DNA of 64,000 bases from Candidatus Latescibacterota bacterium (GTDB lineage: Bacteria; Latescibacterota; UBA2968; UBA8231). A program made the translations under genes and the position numbers. Shown piece by piece: positions 9,776-20,278 of this stretch (the stretch's first letter is position 1; each line of letters starts with the position of its first letter). The stretch spans positions 1,824,001 through 1,888,000 of the forward strand of contig CBDCSU010000006.1 in the NCBI GenBank assembly GCA_965221775.1, in the 5' to 3' direction. Below the pieces are notes generated by a model that was not told the origin of the DNA, did not search any database, and saw nothing but the letters and a program-made list of their open reading frames with translations.

Positions 9776-10843
9776 TCAGACGTGAAAGACGTAGAGACCG
9801 CGGTCGACGCCGGGAAGTTCGACCCAGGCCCCGCCTCGCCGATGGGACTCGGCCACCGCCAGGCAGGCCTCCGTGATGTGATGGGTCACGTCGATGTGGC
9901 CGCGAGTCGGCCTTCCTTCCTCGTGGGCGTCGAGGAGGTCCTCCAGGCAGGAGACCACCGTGCTCCTCGGTTCCACGGCCGGGAGCCCGGCCTCGGTCCA
10001 GTTGCGTCCTTCGCCGAGGCGCAGGCTGGCGCCGGCGCCGTTGCCCAGGGACCGCACGGTCCCTTCGGACCCGATGACCTCGAACTCCCAGGGGGCGGCC
10101 GGGACCGACCACGCCTGCACGCCGCCGCCGAAACGCAGTTGGTAGGTGGCGGTTGGATCGAAGGGCACGTGGCCATCCTCGATGACGTAGTCCGGGGGCT
10201 CGAACTCCCCGCGCACGTGGGTGATCGCCGGGTCCCCGATCAGCCAGGAGACGGTGTCGATGGAATGGATATGTCCGTGCAGGAGGTTCGAGGAAGCGTA
10301 GTGGACGACGACTCTGGGCTCGCCGATGCGGCCCCCGAGCACGGCGTCTCGCACCACGTCGTAGCGGTTGTCGAAGCGTCGCAGCACGCCGGTATTGAAG
10401 ACCGTGCCGTTGCGCTTCACAGCGTCGCGGATCTCGTCGGCCCTCTGCATGGAGCAGGCCATGGCCTTCTCGACGTAAAGCATGGGCACGCCGAGGTCGG
10501 CCAGGCCCACCGTCAGGTTGGCATGCGAGTCGCCCCGGAAAGAAGTATCGGGGCTCTCCCGGCCCGGTTTCTGCAGTCCCGTGGCGGTGGTGCACACCGC
10601 AACCAGATCGGGACGCTCCTGCGCGACCATGTCCTGGTAATCCTCGTACACGGCCGCGACGCCCCAGCGCCTGGTGAAGTCCGCCCGTCTCTCGGCAAGC
10701 AGGTCGCAACCGGCGGCCAGCTCCAACCGGTCGCTGGCGCGCGCGGAGGCGGCGATGGAGTAGGGCAGGGACGAATGGCCTTCGTCGTCGATGGTGGAAC
10801 CCATTCGGCCCAGGCCGATGACGCCGACTCGGTAGGTTGTCAT
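9776..10843 (-). CDS. Gfo/Idh/MocA family oxidoreductase
   Basis: VGVIGLGRMG Rossmann motif, YEDYQDM, VEKAMA, H..D motif. Confidence 0.85.
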   Translation of the reverse strand: MTTYRVGVIGLGRMGSTIDDEGHSSLPYSIAASARASDRLELAAGCDLLAERRADFTRRWGVAAVYEDYQDMVAQERPDLVAVCTTATGLQKPGRESPDTSFRGDSHANLTVGLADLGVPMLYVEKAMACSMQRADEIRDAVKRNGTVFNTGVLRRFDNRYDVVRDAVLGGRIGEPRVVVHYASSNLLHGHIHSIDTVSWLIGDPAITHVRGEFEPPDYVIEDGHVPFDPTATYQLRFGGGVQAWSVPAAPWEFEVIGSEGTVRSLGNGAGASLRLGEGRNWTEAGLPAVEPRSTVVSCLEDLLDAHEEGRPTRGHIDVTHHITEACLAVAESHRRGGAWVELPGVDRGLYVFHV

Positions 10844-10965
10844 GGTCTGTCTCCGGATGATGAGCGGGGACCAAGTATAGAGGCCCGCCACCCTGGTGCC
10901 ACCCCCGGCGGGGTGGAAGGAGTGCGATTGTCGCGCTCTCGAGGAGAGGCCAGATTCTTGGCGCC

Positions 10966-11925
10966 ATGGCCGACCACGACTCAGGAGAATTCGTCCGTTC
11001 CGAAGACGCCTTCCGCGGCCGGGTGACGGCCGACGGCTCTTCGGGCTTCCCGGCCGAGGCCGGCCGCTACCACCTCTACGTCTCCTGGGCCTGCCCCTGG
11101 GCCCACCGAACCATCATCGTGCGCCAGCTCAAGGGCCTCGACGCCGTCATCGGCATGACCGCCGTCGACCCCATGCGGGACGACCGCGGCTGGGCCTTCC
11201 GCGATGGCGATGGCCACGGCGCCGATCCCGCCAACGGTTTCGCGTTCCTCCGCCAGGCTTACACGGCCACGGATCCGGGATACAGCGGACGGGTCACGGT
11301 GCCCGTCCTCTGGGACACCGAGAGCGAGTGCATCGTCAGCAACGCGGACGACGACCTGATGCGGATGCTGACCCGGGAGTTCGACGCCTTCACCGACCGG
11401 GATCTCGACCTCTACCCCGAGGACCTGCGCGAGGAGATCGACGAGGTCAACGAGGTCGTCTACGCCGACGTGAACGACGGCGTGTACCGGTGCGGCTTCG
11501 CGCGCTCCCAGAGCGTCTACGACCGGCGGGTGCGCAGGCTGTTTGCGGCACTGGACGGGCTCGAAGAGCGGCTTGCCGCGCAGCGGTACCTGGTGGGCGG
11601 GAGGATCACCGAGGCCGACTGGCGGCTCTTCGTCACCCTTGTGCGCTTCGACGCCGTCTACCACGGACACTTCAAGTGCAACCTGCGCCGGGTCGTCGAC
11701 TACCCGAATCTCTCGGGCTATCTTCGGGACCTCTACCAGCAACCGGGGATCGCCGAAACCGTGAACTTCGACCACATCAAGCGTCACTACTACGGCACGC
11801 ACGAGGACCTGAATCCCGGCGGGATCGTCCCCGTCGGGCCGGATCAGGACCTGACCGCCCCTCACCATCGGGACTCCCTGGGGCCCCGGGACCTCGCACC
11901 CACCGCCGGGGATCTCGACCGATGA
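10966..11925 (+). CDS. yqjG: Glutathionyl-hydroquinone reductase (YqjG/Xi-class GST)
   Basis: GRYHLYVSWACPWAHR, GRVTVPVLWD, VYRCGFA, TEADWRLFVTLVRFDAVY, HIKRHYY, NPGGIVPVGP. Confidence 0.88.
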   Translation: MADHDSGEFVRSEDAFRGRVTADGSSGFPAEAGRYHLYVSWACPWAHRTIIVRQLKGLDAVIGMTAVDPMRDDRGWAFRDGDGHGADPANGFAFLRQAYTATDPGYSGRVTVPVLWDTESECIVSNADDDLMRMLTREFDAFTDRDLDLYPEDLREEIDEVNEVVYADVNDGVYRCGFARSQSVYDRRVRRLFAALDGLEERLAAQRYLVGGRITEADWRLFVTLVRFDAVYHGHFKCNLRRVVDYPNLSGYLRDLYQQPGIAETVNFDHIKRHYYGTHEDLNPGGIVPVGPDQDLTAPHHRDSLGPRDLAPTAGDLDR

Positions 11926-12485
11926 CCGTCCTTGGCGCGGCGACCCTGGGGGGAGGCTGCTTCTGGTGCCTCGAGGCGGTCTACGAGCAGATGCGGGGAG
12001 TTGTCTCCGTCGAATCCGGGTACAGCGGCGGACGGACCGCCGACCCGAGCTACGAGAGCGTCTGCTCAGGCACCACGGGGCACGCCGAGGTGGTGCAGGT
12101 GCGCTTCGATCCCGCCGTGGCGAGCTATCCGCAGGTGCTCGAGGTGTTCTTCGGCATCCACGACCCAACGACGAAGGACCGCCAGGGGAACGACATCGGC
12201 ACCCAGTACCGTTCCATCATCTTCGCCCACGACGAGGACCAGGCGGCCACGGCGAGAATGCACATCGCGGATCTGGAGACGGAGGGGGTGTTCCCCGACC
12301 CCATCGTCACCGAGGTGCAGCTACTGGAGCGGTTCTGGCCGGCCGAGGACTACCATCGCCAGTACTACCGGCGCAACCCGGCCCAGCCCTACTGCATGAT
12401 GGTGGTGGGTCCCAAGGTGGCGAAGTACCGTGAACGCTTCGGCCGGTTGCTGAGGGATCCCGGAGAGCTCTCTCCGGGCGGCTGA
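11922..12485 (+). CDS. msrA: Peptide-methionine (S)-S-oxide reductase
   Basis: GGGCFWCLE, SGYSGG, TGHAEVV, HDPTT..RQGNDIGTQYRS, AEDYHRQYY; ATGA overlap with the upstream gene. Confidence 0.95.
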   Translation: MTVLGAATLGGGCFWCLEAVYEQMRGVVSVESGYSGGRTADPSYESVCSGTTGHAEVVQVRFDPAVASYPQVLEVFFGIHDPTTKDRQGNDIGTQYRSIIFAHDEDQAATARMHIADLETEGVFPDPIVTEVQLLERFWPAEDYHRQYYRRNPAQPYCMMVVGPKVAKYRERFGRLLRDPGELSPGG

Positions 12486-12511
12486 GGCAATCCAGGCCCG
12501 GCCGGCGGCGG

Positions 12512-13891
12512 TCAGCTCACCTCGCCTCTGAGGAAGCTCACGAAGGCCGCCATGAAGAAGGCCACGGCGAACAACGCCAGCAGCAGCACGTCGACGAAGC
12601 GGGCATCGAGCCGCTCCCCGAGGCCGTCGGTGCGGTACCGGAAGCCCGGCAGGCCGTCGATGTCGTACTCCTCTCCGCTGTCCGCGGCTGCCTCCGTCTG
12701 CTCGGCGACATAGCTGGCGAACTGCCGCTGGTACTGGCGCAGGGAGCCGATCAGGCGCTCCTCGTGGCGCACACCGGTGGCGCCGAGATCGGTGTTGGCG
12801 AAGACGAAGCAGGCCACCGGCGAGATGCGCGTGAGCACGCGGGCCATGTCGGTCTGACGGCGCAGGCGGGTCTCGAAGTCGGAGATGACCTCGGCGGAGA
12901 CCTTGTTGACATCCTGCTGCAGCTGGTCGCGCTGTTCCCGCCTCTGTCGGAAGAACTCGGAGCGTTGGGCAGCCGTCATGTTGCGGAAGGAGCGCCCGCC
13001 GCGCCGCCACTGGCTGCGGTAGTCGGCGGCCAGCGCCTCGGTGCGCAGGCCGATCTCGCGCTCCACCGAGCCCATGTCCGGCACGGGGACGGCCAGCTCG
13101 GCCAGGTAGGGCCCGAGGTTGGGAACCACCAGGGCCAGCAGCACCCACAGCGCCACCAGGCTGAGGATGGCCGTGGATGACGAACGGGCCCGGACCGAGA
13201 CCAGCAGGCCGATGGAGAACATGACCGCCAGCAACAGCAGGGAGACGATGCCGGTCACGGCGAAGGCCTCCCAGTCGGTGGCGGTGAATGGCACCTCCTC
13301 CGAGATCGAGATCAGCAGCGCCCCGATGAGCAGCGCTGCCAGGAAGGGCAGGGCGAGGCTGCAGTAGCCGCCCAGCCACTTGGCCAGGATGACGAGATCC
13401 CTCGGCACCGGGTAGGACATGACCAGCTTCAGGGTGCCCGACTCGCGTTCGCCGGCGACGGTGTCGTAGGAGACGAAAAAGGCGAGCAGGCTCAGGACCA
13501 CGGCCACAACGAAGAGCATGTCGGCCACGGGAAAAAGCAGCACCGCGGGGTTGGCGTTCAGGTCGCCCTGGAAGCCGGGGAGGTAGTCCTCCGAAACCAC
13601 GGCGGTGCGGTCCAGGGTTTTCTCGACCCCGTAGAACAGGACCTGGAAGGACTGAGGAGGCCGGTCGACGCGCACGCCCCGGCGCTGCAGGTCGCGGTAG
13701 GATCCGTACTCGTCCGCCTGGTCCCGGTAGAGGGCCTGGTTGCGGCTGAACTCGGTGCGCCGCGCCTCCAGGTCGGCCCGCAGGACGACGACGCTGATGA
13801 GGCCCAGCAGAACGCACAGGGCCGCGCAGACGAGAAACCGCAGCTCCAGCAGGCTGGTGAGCCACTCCTTGGCGATCAGGGCGCGCAGCAT
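12512..13891 (-). CDS. ABC-2-type transporter permease subunit
   Basis: Multiple TM helices, YDTVAGERESGTLKLVMSYPVPR..LAKWLG signature, periplasmic coiled insert. Confidence 0.8.
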   Translation of the reverse strand: MLRALIAKEWLTSLLELRFLVCAALCVLLGLISVVVLRADLEARRTEFSRNQALYRDQADEYGSYRDLQRRGVRVDRPPQSFQVLFYGVEKTLDRTAVVSEDYLPGFQGDLNANPAVLLFPVADMLFVVAVVLSLLAFFVSYDTVAGERESGTLKLVMSYPVPRDLVILAKWLGGYCSLALPFLAALLIGALLISISEEVPFTATDWEAFAVTGIVSLLLLAVMFSIGLLVSVRARSSSTAILSLVALWVLLALVVPNLGPYLAELAVPVPDMGSVEREIGLRTEALAADYRSQWRRGGRSFRNMTAAQRSEFFRQRREQRDQLQQDVNKVSAEVISDFETRLRRQTDMARVLTRISPVACFVFANTDLGATGVRHEERLIGSLRQYQRQFASYVAEQTEAAADSGEEYDIDGLPGFRYRTDGLGERLDARFVDVLLLALFAVAFFMAAFVSFLRGEVS

Positions 13892-13900
13892 GGCCTGTCC

Positions 13901-15283
13901 TCAGTCCACGAGATCGAACCGCAGGAAACCGACATAGGCGGCCAGGAAGAACAGGCCGTTCAGGACGATCAGCACCAGCAGGTCGACATAGGTGCTGGTC
14001 AGCACCTCCGCCAGCGGCCGGCGGGGAGGCGCGAAGGTGGGAAGGTCGTCCGGATCGATGGGGGCCTCCATGATCTCGCTCCGCTCCTCGGAGTCCTGAA
14101 CCCCCTCGGCCAGCAGACGCCGCTCGCGCTCGATGGCGGCCAGGGCCTCGAAGTGCTGGTCTCCGTAGCGGTCGATGAAGGTCCGCAGGCCGGAGTAGTC
14201 CTCGAGCCCCGCTCCGGCCAGCGACGCGGTGGCGTACACGTAGCTGGAGGAGGGCGAGATCCGGGCCAGGGAGACGCCGGCCGCCACTTGCTTTTCCAAG
14301 CGGCGGGCATAGTCGTCCAGCAGCCGGCGGGTCTTCTCGTCGGCCTCCGCTTCCGCCTGCTGGCGCAGCTGGTCTCGCTCCTCCCGGCTCATGCCGCGCC
14401 AGTTCCGGCCGCGGAACTGCGACCACGCGGCGCGCCGGATCGCCTCGCGCTCCCCTGCGATGGAACCCGGCGAGGGTATCGGGACCGCTGCCCTTGCGAC
14501 GATGGGCGCCACGTTGGGGACTGCGAGAACGAGCAGCACCCAGATGAGGAATCCGGTGACGAGGGAGGTGGAGGAGCGCCGGGTGTACACGGAAATGCCG
14601 AGGGCCAGGGTGAAGAACAGGGACAGGTAGAGGGCCGCCACCGCGAGCATGCCGGCAAAGGCGGACCGCTCCCCGGCGCCGAGGTCGAAGGAGGTGAGCA
14701 GGTTCGCGAGGAGCAGCCCGAGGAGAACGGCAGCCAGCAACGGCGCCATCAGGGCGAGGTAGCCCCCCAGCCACTTCGACAGCAGCACCGTGTGCCGGGG
14801 CACGGCGTTGGCCATGACCAGCCGAAGGGTCCCGTCCTCGTGCTCGCCGGAGATGGCGTTGAAGGCGAAGAGCATGGCCAGCAGCGAGCCGACGATGTTG
14901 ACGATGTAGAGCAGGTCCGGCGGCGGGAAGAGTGTGTACAGGGCGCTGGCGTACTTGCTGCGGCCGAGCTCGGGCTCGCCCCGGGAGATTTTGACCGAGC
15001 GCGACAGCTCGCGCTCGAGGCCGACGGTGAACACGGAGAGAGGGTTCGGCGGCTTCTCGTGCTGGGTCCCCCGCCACCTGAGGGTGCGGAAGTCCACGGA
15101 CTCCTCCAGGCGCTGCTCCCGCGCCGCCTTGGCCTCGGAGAAGGCGGCGAGCCGACGATCGTAGTCAAGGCCGAGGACCAGCGTCGAGCCGATGACGAGG
15201 AAGGACAGCAGCACCGCCGTCAGGGCGAAGCGGTAGGTGAGCAGGTGGGAGTGCAGTTCGCGCAGGAGCAGGGTGATGAACAT
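13901..15283 (-). CDS. ABC-2-type transporter permease subunit (paralog of the downstream gene)
   Basis: FNAISGEHEDGTLRLVMANAVPR..LSKWLG signature, same architecture as 12512-13891. Confidence 0.8.
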   Translation of the reverse strand: MFITLLLRELHSHLLTYRFALTAVLLSFLVIGSTLVLGLDYDRRLAAFSEAKAAREQRLEESVDFRTLRWRGTQHEKPPNPLSVFTVGLERELSRSVKISRGEPELGRSKYASALYTLFPPPDLLYIVNIVGSLLAMLFAFNAISGEHEDGTLRLVMANAVPRHTVLLSKWLGGYLALMAPLLAAVLLGLLLANLLTSFDLGAGERSAFAGMLAVAALYLSLFFTLALGISVYTRRSSTSLVTGFLIWVLLVLAVPNVAPIVARAAVPIPSPGSIAGEREAIRRAAWSQFRGRNWRGMSREERDQLRQQAEAEADEKTRRLLDDYARRLEKQVAAGVSLARISPSSSYVYATASLAGAGLEDYSGLRTFIDRYGDQHFEALAAIERERRLLAEGVQDSEERSEIMEAPIDPDDLPTFAPPRRPLAEVLTSTYVDLLVLIVLNGLFFLAAYVGFLRFDLVD

Positions 15284-15575
15284 GCGATGGCCCGTTGTGG
15301 ACGGGGTCCGGTGGTCCAGAGGGAGTACCTGCCACCCGGTACCACTAAGGTACGACAGGCCGTACCTACAAGTGCTCCCAGGAATCAGTGGTTTTCGTGA
15401 CCCACGGCGGGAATCCCCGTCGCGGACCGATTCCAGCTCGTGCCCAAGGCCGGCCCTGGCTGGTCCCCAGCGTCCATGGCCCTATACTACCCCGACTCGG
15501 TGAGCGCAGGCGACCGGCCGGTGCCGTCGGAGGGGTGGTCCGCCGACCGCCATTGGATACCCGCGAGAGAAGAGC

Positions 15576-16685
15576 GTGAGAGTCGAGACCGTCCACACAT
15601 ACGACCTGCGCTACCCCGTGCAGCGGCCGTTCGCCAACTCCACGACCTGGAACCGGGCGCGGACCGCCGGGGTCGTCGAGGTGGTCACGGATGACGGCCT
15701 GACGGGATGGGGGGAGGGAACTCAGGTTCCCGGGGCCGGAGTCCTCGCCGACCGGGTGATCGGCAGGGATCCCTTCGACGCCGGCGTCATCGGCCGCGAT
15801 GTGGCGGCGGCCGGCGCCTCCATGGCCGAGGTCAGCGCCGTCGACATCGCCCTCTTCGACCTGATGGGCCAAGCCGTCGGACGGCCTTGCCACCAACTCC
15901 TCGGCGGGGCCGTGCGCGAGCGGGTGCCCGCCTACGCCAGCGGGCTGTTCCTGCTGTCGGACAGCGATCCCGTCCTGGGCATGGAGACCGAGGCGGCGGG
16001 GTACGCCGAGGCCGGGTTTCCCGCCGTCAAGATGAAGATCGGACATGGCCCCCGGAACGATGTGGCCAGGGTGGCGGCCGTGCGGCGGGCCATCGGCCCC
16101 GACGTGCTGCTGGCGGTGGACGCCAACTGCGCCTACGACCGGGCCACTGCGCTGGAGTCGATCCGGAGCATCGGGGAGCACGACATCTACTGGTACGAGG
16201 AGCCCGTGCCGCCCGCGGAAGTCCAGGCCTACCGTGAGATCCGGGCCGGATCCGGTTTGCGGATCGCGGGAGGAGAGGCCCTGGAGGGGCTCGACGCCTT
16301 CCGAGACCTGATCTCAAAGAGGGCCCTTGATATCGTTCAGCCGGATATTTCGATAGCAGGGGGATTCACGGTCTGCAAGCAGGTGGAGGCGCTGGCCAGT
16401 GCCCACGGTGTCCAGGTGCTTCCCCACATGTGGGGCACCTCGATTCGCCTGGCGGCCACCCTCCACTGGCAGGCCGCGATCCCGAATGCTCCCGGCCTGT
16501 TCCCGGAGCCGTGTCTCCTCGAGTTCGACATGACGGAGAACGCTCTGCGCACCGAGCTGAGCAGGGAGCCTTTCCAGCTGGAGGACGGCGCCGTCGCGGT
16601 CCCTTCCGGTCCGGGCCTGGGAATCGAGATCGACCGGGAGGTCCTGGAGCGGTACACGGTGACCACAAAGCGGGTCGGATCCTGA
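15576..16685 (+). CDS. Mandelate racemase/muconate lactonizing enzyme family (probable acid-sugar dehydratase)
   Basis: SAVDIALFDL, VPAYAS, KMK, DAN / EEP / GGE metal ligands, QPD, PHMW, GPGLGIEID. Confidence 0.88.
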   Translation: MRVETVHTYDLRYPVQRPFANSTTWNRARTAGVVEVVTDDGLTGWGEGTQVPGAGVLADRVIGRDPFDAGVIGRDVAAAGASMAEVSAVDIALFDLMGQAVGRPCHQLLGGAVRERVPAYASGLFLLSDSDPVLGMETEAAGYAEAGFPAVKMKIGHGPRNDVARVAAVRRAIGPDVLLAVDANCAYDRATALESIRSIGEHDIYWYEEPVPPAEVQAYREIRAGSGLRIAGGEALEGLDAFRDLISKRALDIVQPDISIAGGFTVCKQVEALASAHGVQVLPHMWGTSIRLAATLHWQAAIPNAPGLFPEPCLLEFDMTENALRTELSREPFQLEDGAVAVPSGPGLGIEIDREVLERYTVTTKRVGS

Positions 16686-16719
16686 GGACCCGGGGGCCGG
16701 GATGGGCAGCGGACTGAAG

Positions 16720-17493
16720 ATGCTGACGCCAGAGCAGAAGAGCTTTTTCGAGGAGAACGGCTACCTCCATCTGCCTGGATTCTACCAGGGGGAAGCTCTG
16801 GAAGAGCTGCGGCGGCAGTACCACGAGCTGGTCACCTGCACCGAGGGCAGGCCGGCCAACATGAGCTACTCCTTCATGGAGGCTCCGGAGGGATACCCGC
16901 CGGACGAGTTCAACCCCAAGAACGTGGTGGGCATGATGGACCAGACCCTGGCCGGCGACTTCTGGTTCGACCAGTTCACGGAGCCGCGGGTGGTCTCGGT
17001 CCTGGTCGACTGCCTGGGACCCAACCTCGACTTCCACAACGGCAAGGTACGCAACAAGCCCCCGGGGTTCGTGGCCGGGCAGGGCTGGCACCAGGACTGG
17101 CCCTACGAGCGCCACTCGGAGCCGGGGCTGGCCGCGGCCATCACCTATCTCGACCCGACCGATCTCGAGGCCGGGGCGACCGAGGTGATCCCGGGCAGCC
17201 ATCGCCGGGCCCTGCCGACGGCAGAGGGCCAGTCGACGCTGGTGCAGGAGGACGTGGAGGAGTCCCGCCGCGTGGTCTGCAAAGCCGAGGCCGGCGACGT
17301 GGTCATCATCCACGTGCTCGTCGTTCACCGCGCCGGGCACAACTACACCGATCGCAGCCGCAACGCCATCATCAACGAGTACAAGACGATGGAGGCGGTC
17401 GACGAGTGGAACAACCGGTGCGCCTTCGCCGGCATGCCCTTGGCGCGAGAGGGGCGTCTCCTGATGCCGAGGCTGACCGCGTGGTCAAAATAG
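16720..17493 (+). CDS. PhyH family Fe(II)/2-oxoglutarate dioxygenase
   Basis: MLTPEQKSFFEENGYL, WHQD, IPGSH, AGDVVI, HRAGHN..R; ATG 16702 is an alternative start. Confidence 0.88.
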   Translation: MLTPEQKSFFEENGYLHLPGFYQGEALEELRRQYHELVTCTEGRPANMSYSFMEAPEGYPPDEFNPKNVVGMMDQTLAGDFWFDQFTEPRVVSVLVDCLGPNLDFHNGKVRNKPPGFVAGQGWHQDWPYERHSEPGLAAAITYLDPTDLEAGATEVIPGSHRRALPTAEGQSTLVQEDVEESRRVVCKAEAGDVVIIHVLVVHRAGHNYTDRSRNAIINEYKTMEAVDEWNNRCAFAGMPLAREGRLLMPRLTAWSK

Positions 17494-17569
17494 AGCTTCT
17501 TGCCAGGAACGGGGTTCCAGCCAAACTCGGTGAGGATCTGAGGGCCCAGCCGCCAGAGCGGAGAAGACC

Positions 17570-19252
17570 ATGAGCAGCCAGACATACGGCGTCGACCGCC
17601 TGGTGGACGTCAGGGTGCCGATGCGGGACGGGGTCGAGCTCTCGGCCGACATCTACCTGCCCCGGGGGGCCGGCCCGGTGCCCGCCGTGCTGATGCGGAC
17701 CCCTTACAGCAACAGCATCGAGCCGATGATCGAGAAGGGCCGGCGGCTGGCCGGCTCGGGGTACGCCTGCGTCATCGGCGACTGCCGGGGCCGCTGGGAC
17801 TCCGACGGCGACTACTACCCCTTCCTCAACGAGGCCGAGGACGGCTTCGACACCCAGGAGTGGATCGGCGCCCAGGCCTGGTGCAACGGTAGCATCGGCA
17901 CCGCCGGCGCCTCGTACGTGGGCACCACCCAGGTGCGCCCCGCGCCGCTGGCCAGCCGGTTCCTCAAGTGCATGGCGCCGCGGGTGATCTGCGCCGACTA
18001 CCACGGCGGGCTGGTCTACCCGGGAGGGGCCCTGCAGCTGAACGTGGCCATGACCTGGGGCATGCGCACCCACGCCCGCACCGGCCAGGACATCGACTTC
18101 CACAACTGGACCGAGGCCTTCCGCTCCCTGCCCGTGGTCGACATGGACGCGGCCGGCGGCCGGCGGCTGCCGTTCTGGAAGGACTGGATCGCCCATCCGG
18201 CCTATGACGACTACTGGGCGGCCATGGACGACGAGCCGAAGTGGGGCAGCGTCCAGGCGCCGGCCTTCCACATGGGCGGCTGGTACGACCTCTACGCGAG
18301 CCAGACCTTCTCCAACTTCAACGGGATGCGGTTGGCCGGCGGCTCCGAGGAGGCGCGCCGCAGCCGGCTGATCGTCGGTCCCTGGCCGCACTCGCTGAGC
18401 GCGTCCACGCGCACCGGCGACATCGACTTCGGCGAGAGCTCCCTGGTGGACCTGGAGCACGAGGAGCTGCGCTGGTTCGACCACTGGCTCAAGGGCCGGG
18501 ACAACGGCATCGACCAGGAGCCGCCGCTGCGCCTGTTCGTCATGGGGGTCAACGAGTGGCGGGACGAGCACGAGTGGCCCCTGGCCCGCACCGACTGGCA
18601 GGACTGGCACCTGCACTCCGGCGGCCGGGCCAACTCCGTCCTCGGCGACGGCGCCCTGGGCCGGGAGGCGCCGGGGGACGAGCCGCCGGACGAGTTCGTC
18701 TACGACCCCGACCACCCGGTGCAGACCCTGGGGGGCAACAACTGCTGCTCGCCCCACATCGTGCCCTGGGGACCCCACGATCAGCGTCCCGTGGAGATGC
18801 GGGGCGACGTGCTCGTCTACACGAGCCCGGTACTGGAAGAGGACCTGGAGGTGATCGGGCCGGTGGAGGCCGTGCTCTACGCGGCCACCGACGGCCGGGA
18901 CACGGACTTCACGGCCAAGCTGGTCGACGTCTCCCCGAGTGGTTACGCCATGAACCTGTGCGACGGCATCCGACGGGGCCGCTACCGGGAGAGCCGGGAG
19001 CAGGCGGCGATGCTGGAGCCGGGGAAGGTGTACGAGTACCGCATCGAGGTCGGGGTGACGGCCAACGCCTTCCGGCGGGGGCACCGGATCCGCCTGGAGG
19101 TCTCGTCGAGCAACTTCCCCCGCTTCGACCGCAACCCCAACACGGGCAACCCCTACGGCTTGGACGCGGAGTTGCGCCGGGCGCACCAGACCGTCCACCA
19201 CTGCCGGGCCTGGCCGAGCCGGCTGCGCCTGCCGGTGGTGCCGTCGCGCTGA
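17570..19252 (+). CDS. CocE/NonD family serine hydrolase
   Basis: MRDGVELSADIYLP, RTPY, DCRGR, GASYVG nucleophile elbow, GGWYD, GPWPH, SSNFPRFDRNPNTG. Confidence 0.92.
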   Translation: MSSQTYGVDRLVDVRVPMRDGVELSADIYLPRGAGPVPAVLMRTPYSNSIEPMIEKGRRLAGSGYACVIGDCRGRWDSDGDYYPFLNEAEDGFDTQEWIGAQAWCNGSIGTAGASYVGTTQVRPAPLASRFLKCMAPRVICADYHGGLVYPGGALQLNVAMTWGMRTHARTGQDIDFHNWTEAFRSLPVVDMDAAGGRRLPFWKDWIAHPAYDDYWAAMDDEPKWGSVQAPAFHMGGWYDLYASQTFSNFNGMRLAGGSEEARRSRLIVGPWPHSLSASTRTGDIDFGESSLVDLEHEELRWFDHWLKGRDNGIDQEPPLRLFVMGVNEWRDEHEWPLARTDWQDWHLHSGGRANSVLGDGALGREAPGDEPPDEFVYDPDHPVQTLGGNNCCSPHIVPWGPHDQRPVEMRGDVLVYTSPVLEEDLEVIGPVEAVLYAATDGRDTDFTAKLVDVSPSGYAMNLCDGIRRGRYRESREQAAMLEPGKVYEYRIEVGVTANAFRRGHRIRLEVSSSNFPRFDRNPNTGNPYGLDAELRRAHQTVHHCRAWPSRLRLPVVPSR

Positions 19253-19281
19253 GAAGGAACCCCAACGAAGAGGAGAGAGGG

Positions 19282-20274
19282 ATGGACCGAGTGGGAGTGA
19301 TCGGCTGCCGCGGCATCGGCGTGCGGCACGCCCAGGGCATCGCCGGGCTCGAGGACGCCGAGGTCGTGGCGGCCTGCGACCTGTCCACCGACCAGCTGGA
19401 CGAGTTCGGCCAGCGCTTCCAGGAGACCTGGCCGGACCTGAAGCGCTATACCAGCCACCGCCGCATGCTCGACGAGCAGTCCCTGGACATCGTCTCCGTG
19501 GCCACGGGGGACAACGCCCACGCCCAGCTGGTCGTCGATGCGGCCGAGGCCGGCGCCAAGGGCATCTTCTGCGAGAAGCCCCTGGCGACGACGGTCGAGG
19601 ACGGGGCCCGCATGTTGGAGGCCTGCGAGCGGACCGGCACCGTCCTGTCCGTCGACCACACGCGGCGCTTCATGCCCATGTGGGCCCACGCCAAGGAGCT
19701 GATCGAAGCCGGGGAGATCGGCGAGGTGCAGTACATCGTCGGCTCCTTGCGCGGCGGCCGGGCGATGCTCTACCGCAACGGGACCCACTCCATCGACGCC
19801 ATCTGCTGGTACGCGGACTCGGCCCCCGAATGGGTGCTGGCGGACCTGGAGACCGGGTACGAGGACTACACGGAGTACCGCGGCGACGGCGGCCACGACC
19901 CGGCCACCGAGCCGGGCGCCTACGGGATGATCCGCTTCGCCAACGGGGTCCGCGCCTTCTACGCCGGCGGCTCGAAGACGACGCCGGGGCCCAAGTCCAC
20001 CACCGAGGTCATCGGCTCCACCGGCCGCCTGCTGATGTCGGGCACGGATGACGGGGTGATCTTCCGCGGCGAGGAGGCGGAGCCCCTGCCGATTCCGGAG
20101 TGGCCGGTCTCGGGGATCGAGGCCGGCATGCAGAGCCTGGTGCGGGCCGTGCGCGAGGGGCGTCCCCCGACCTCGACCGGGCGGGAGGCGCAGCGCGTGG
20201 TGGAGGTGATCGCCGGATTCCTGCAGTCCCAGCAGGAGGGTCACCGGCCGGTGATGATTCCCGCCGACCGCTGA
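19282..20274 (+). CDS. Gfo/Idh/MocA family oxidoreductase
   Basis: VGVIGCRGIG, CEKPLA, DHTRRF, GTHSID; GAGGAG RBS upstream. Confidence 0.88.
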   Translation: MDRVGVIGCRGIGVRHAQGIAGLEDAEVVAACDLSTDQLDEFGQRFQETWPDLKRYTSHRRMLDEQSLDIVSVATGDNAHAQLVVDAAEAGAKGIFCEKPLATTVEDGARMLEACERTGTVLSVDHTRRFMPMWAHAKELIEAGEIGEVQYIVGSLRGGRAMLYRNGTHSIDAICWYADSAPEWVLADLETGYEDYTEYRGDGGHDPATEPGAYGMIRFANGVRAFYAGGSKTTPGPKSTTEVIGSTGRLLMSGTDDGVIFRGEEAEPLPIPEWPVSGIEAGMQSLVRAVREGRPPTSTGREAQRVVEVIAGFLQSQQEGHRPVMIPADR

Positions 20275-20278
20275 GGCC

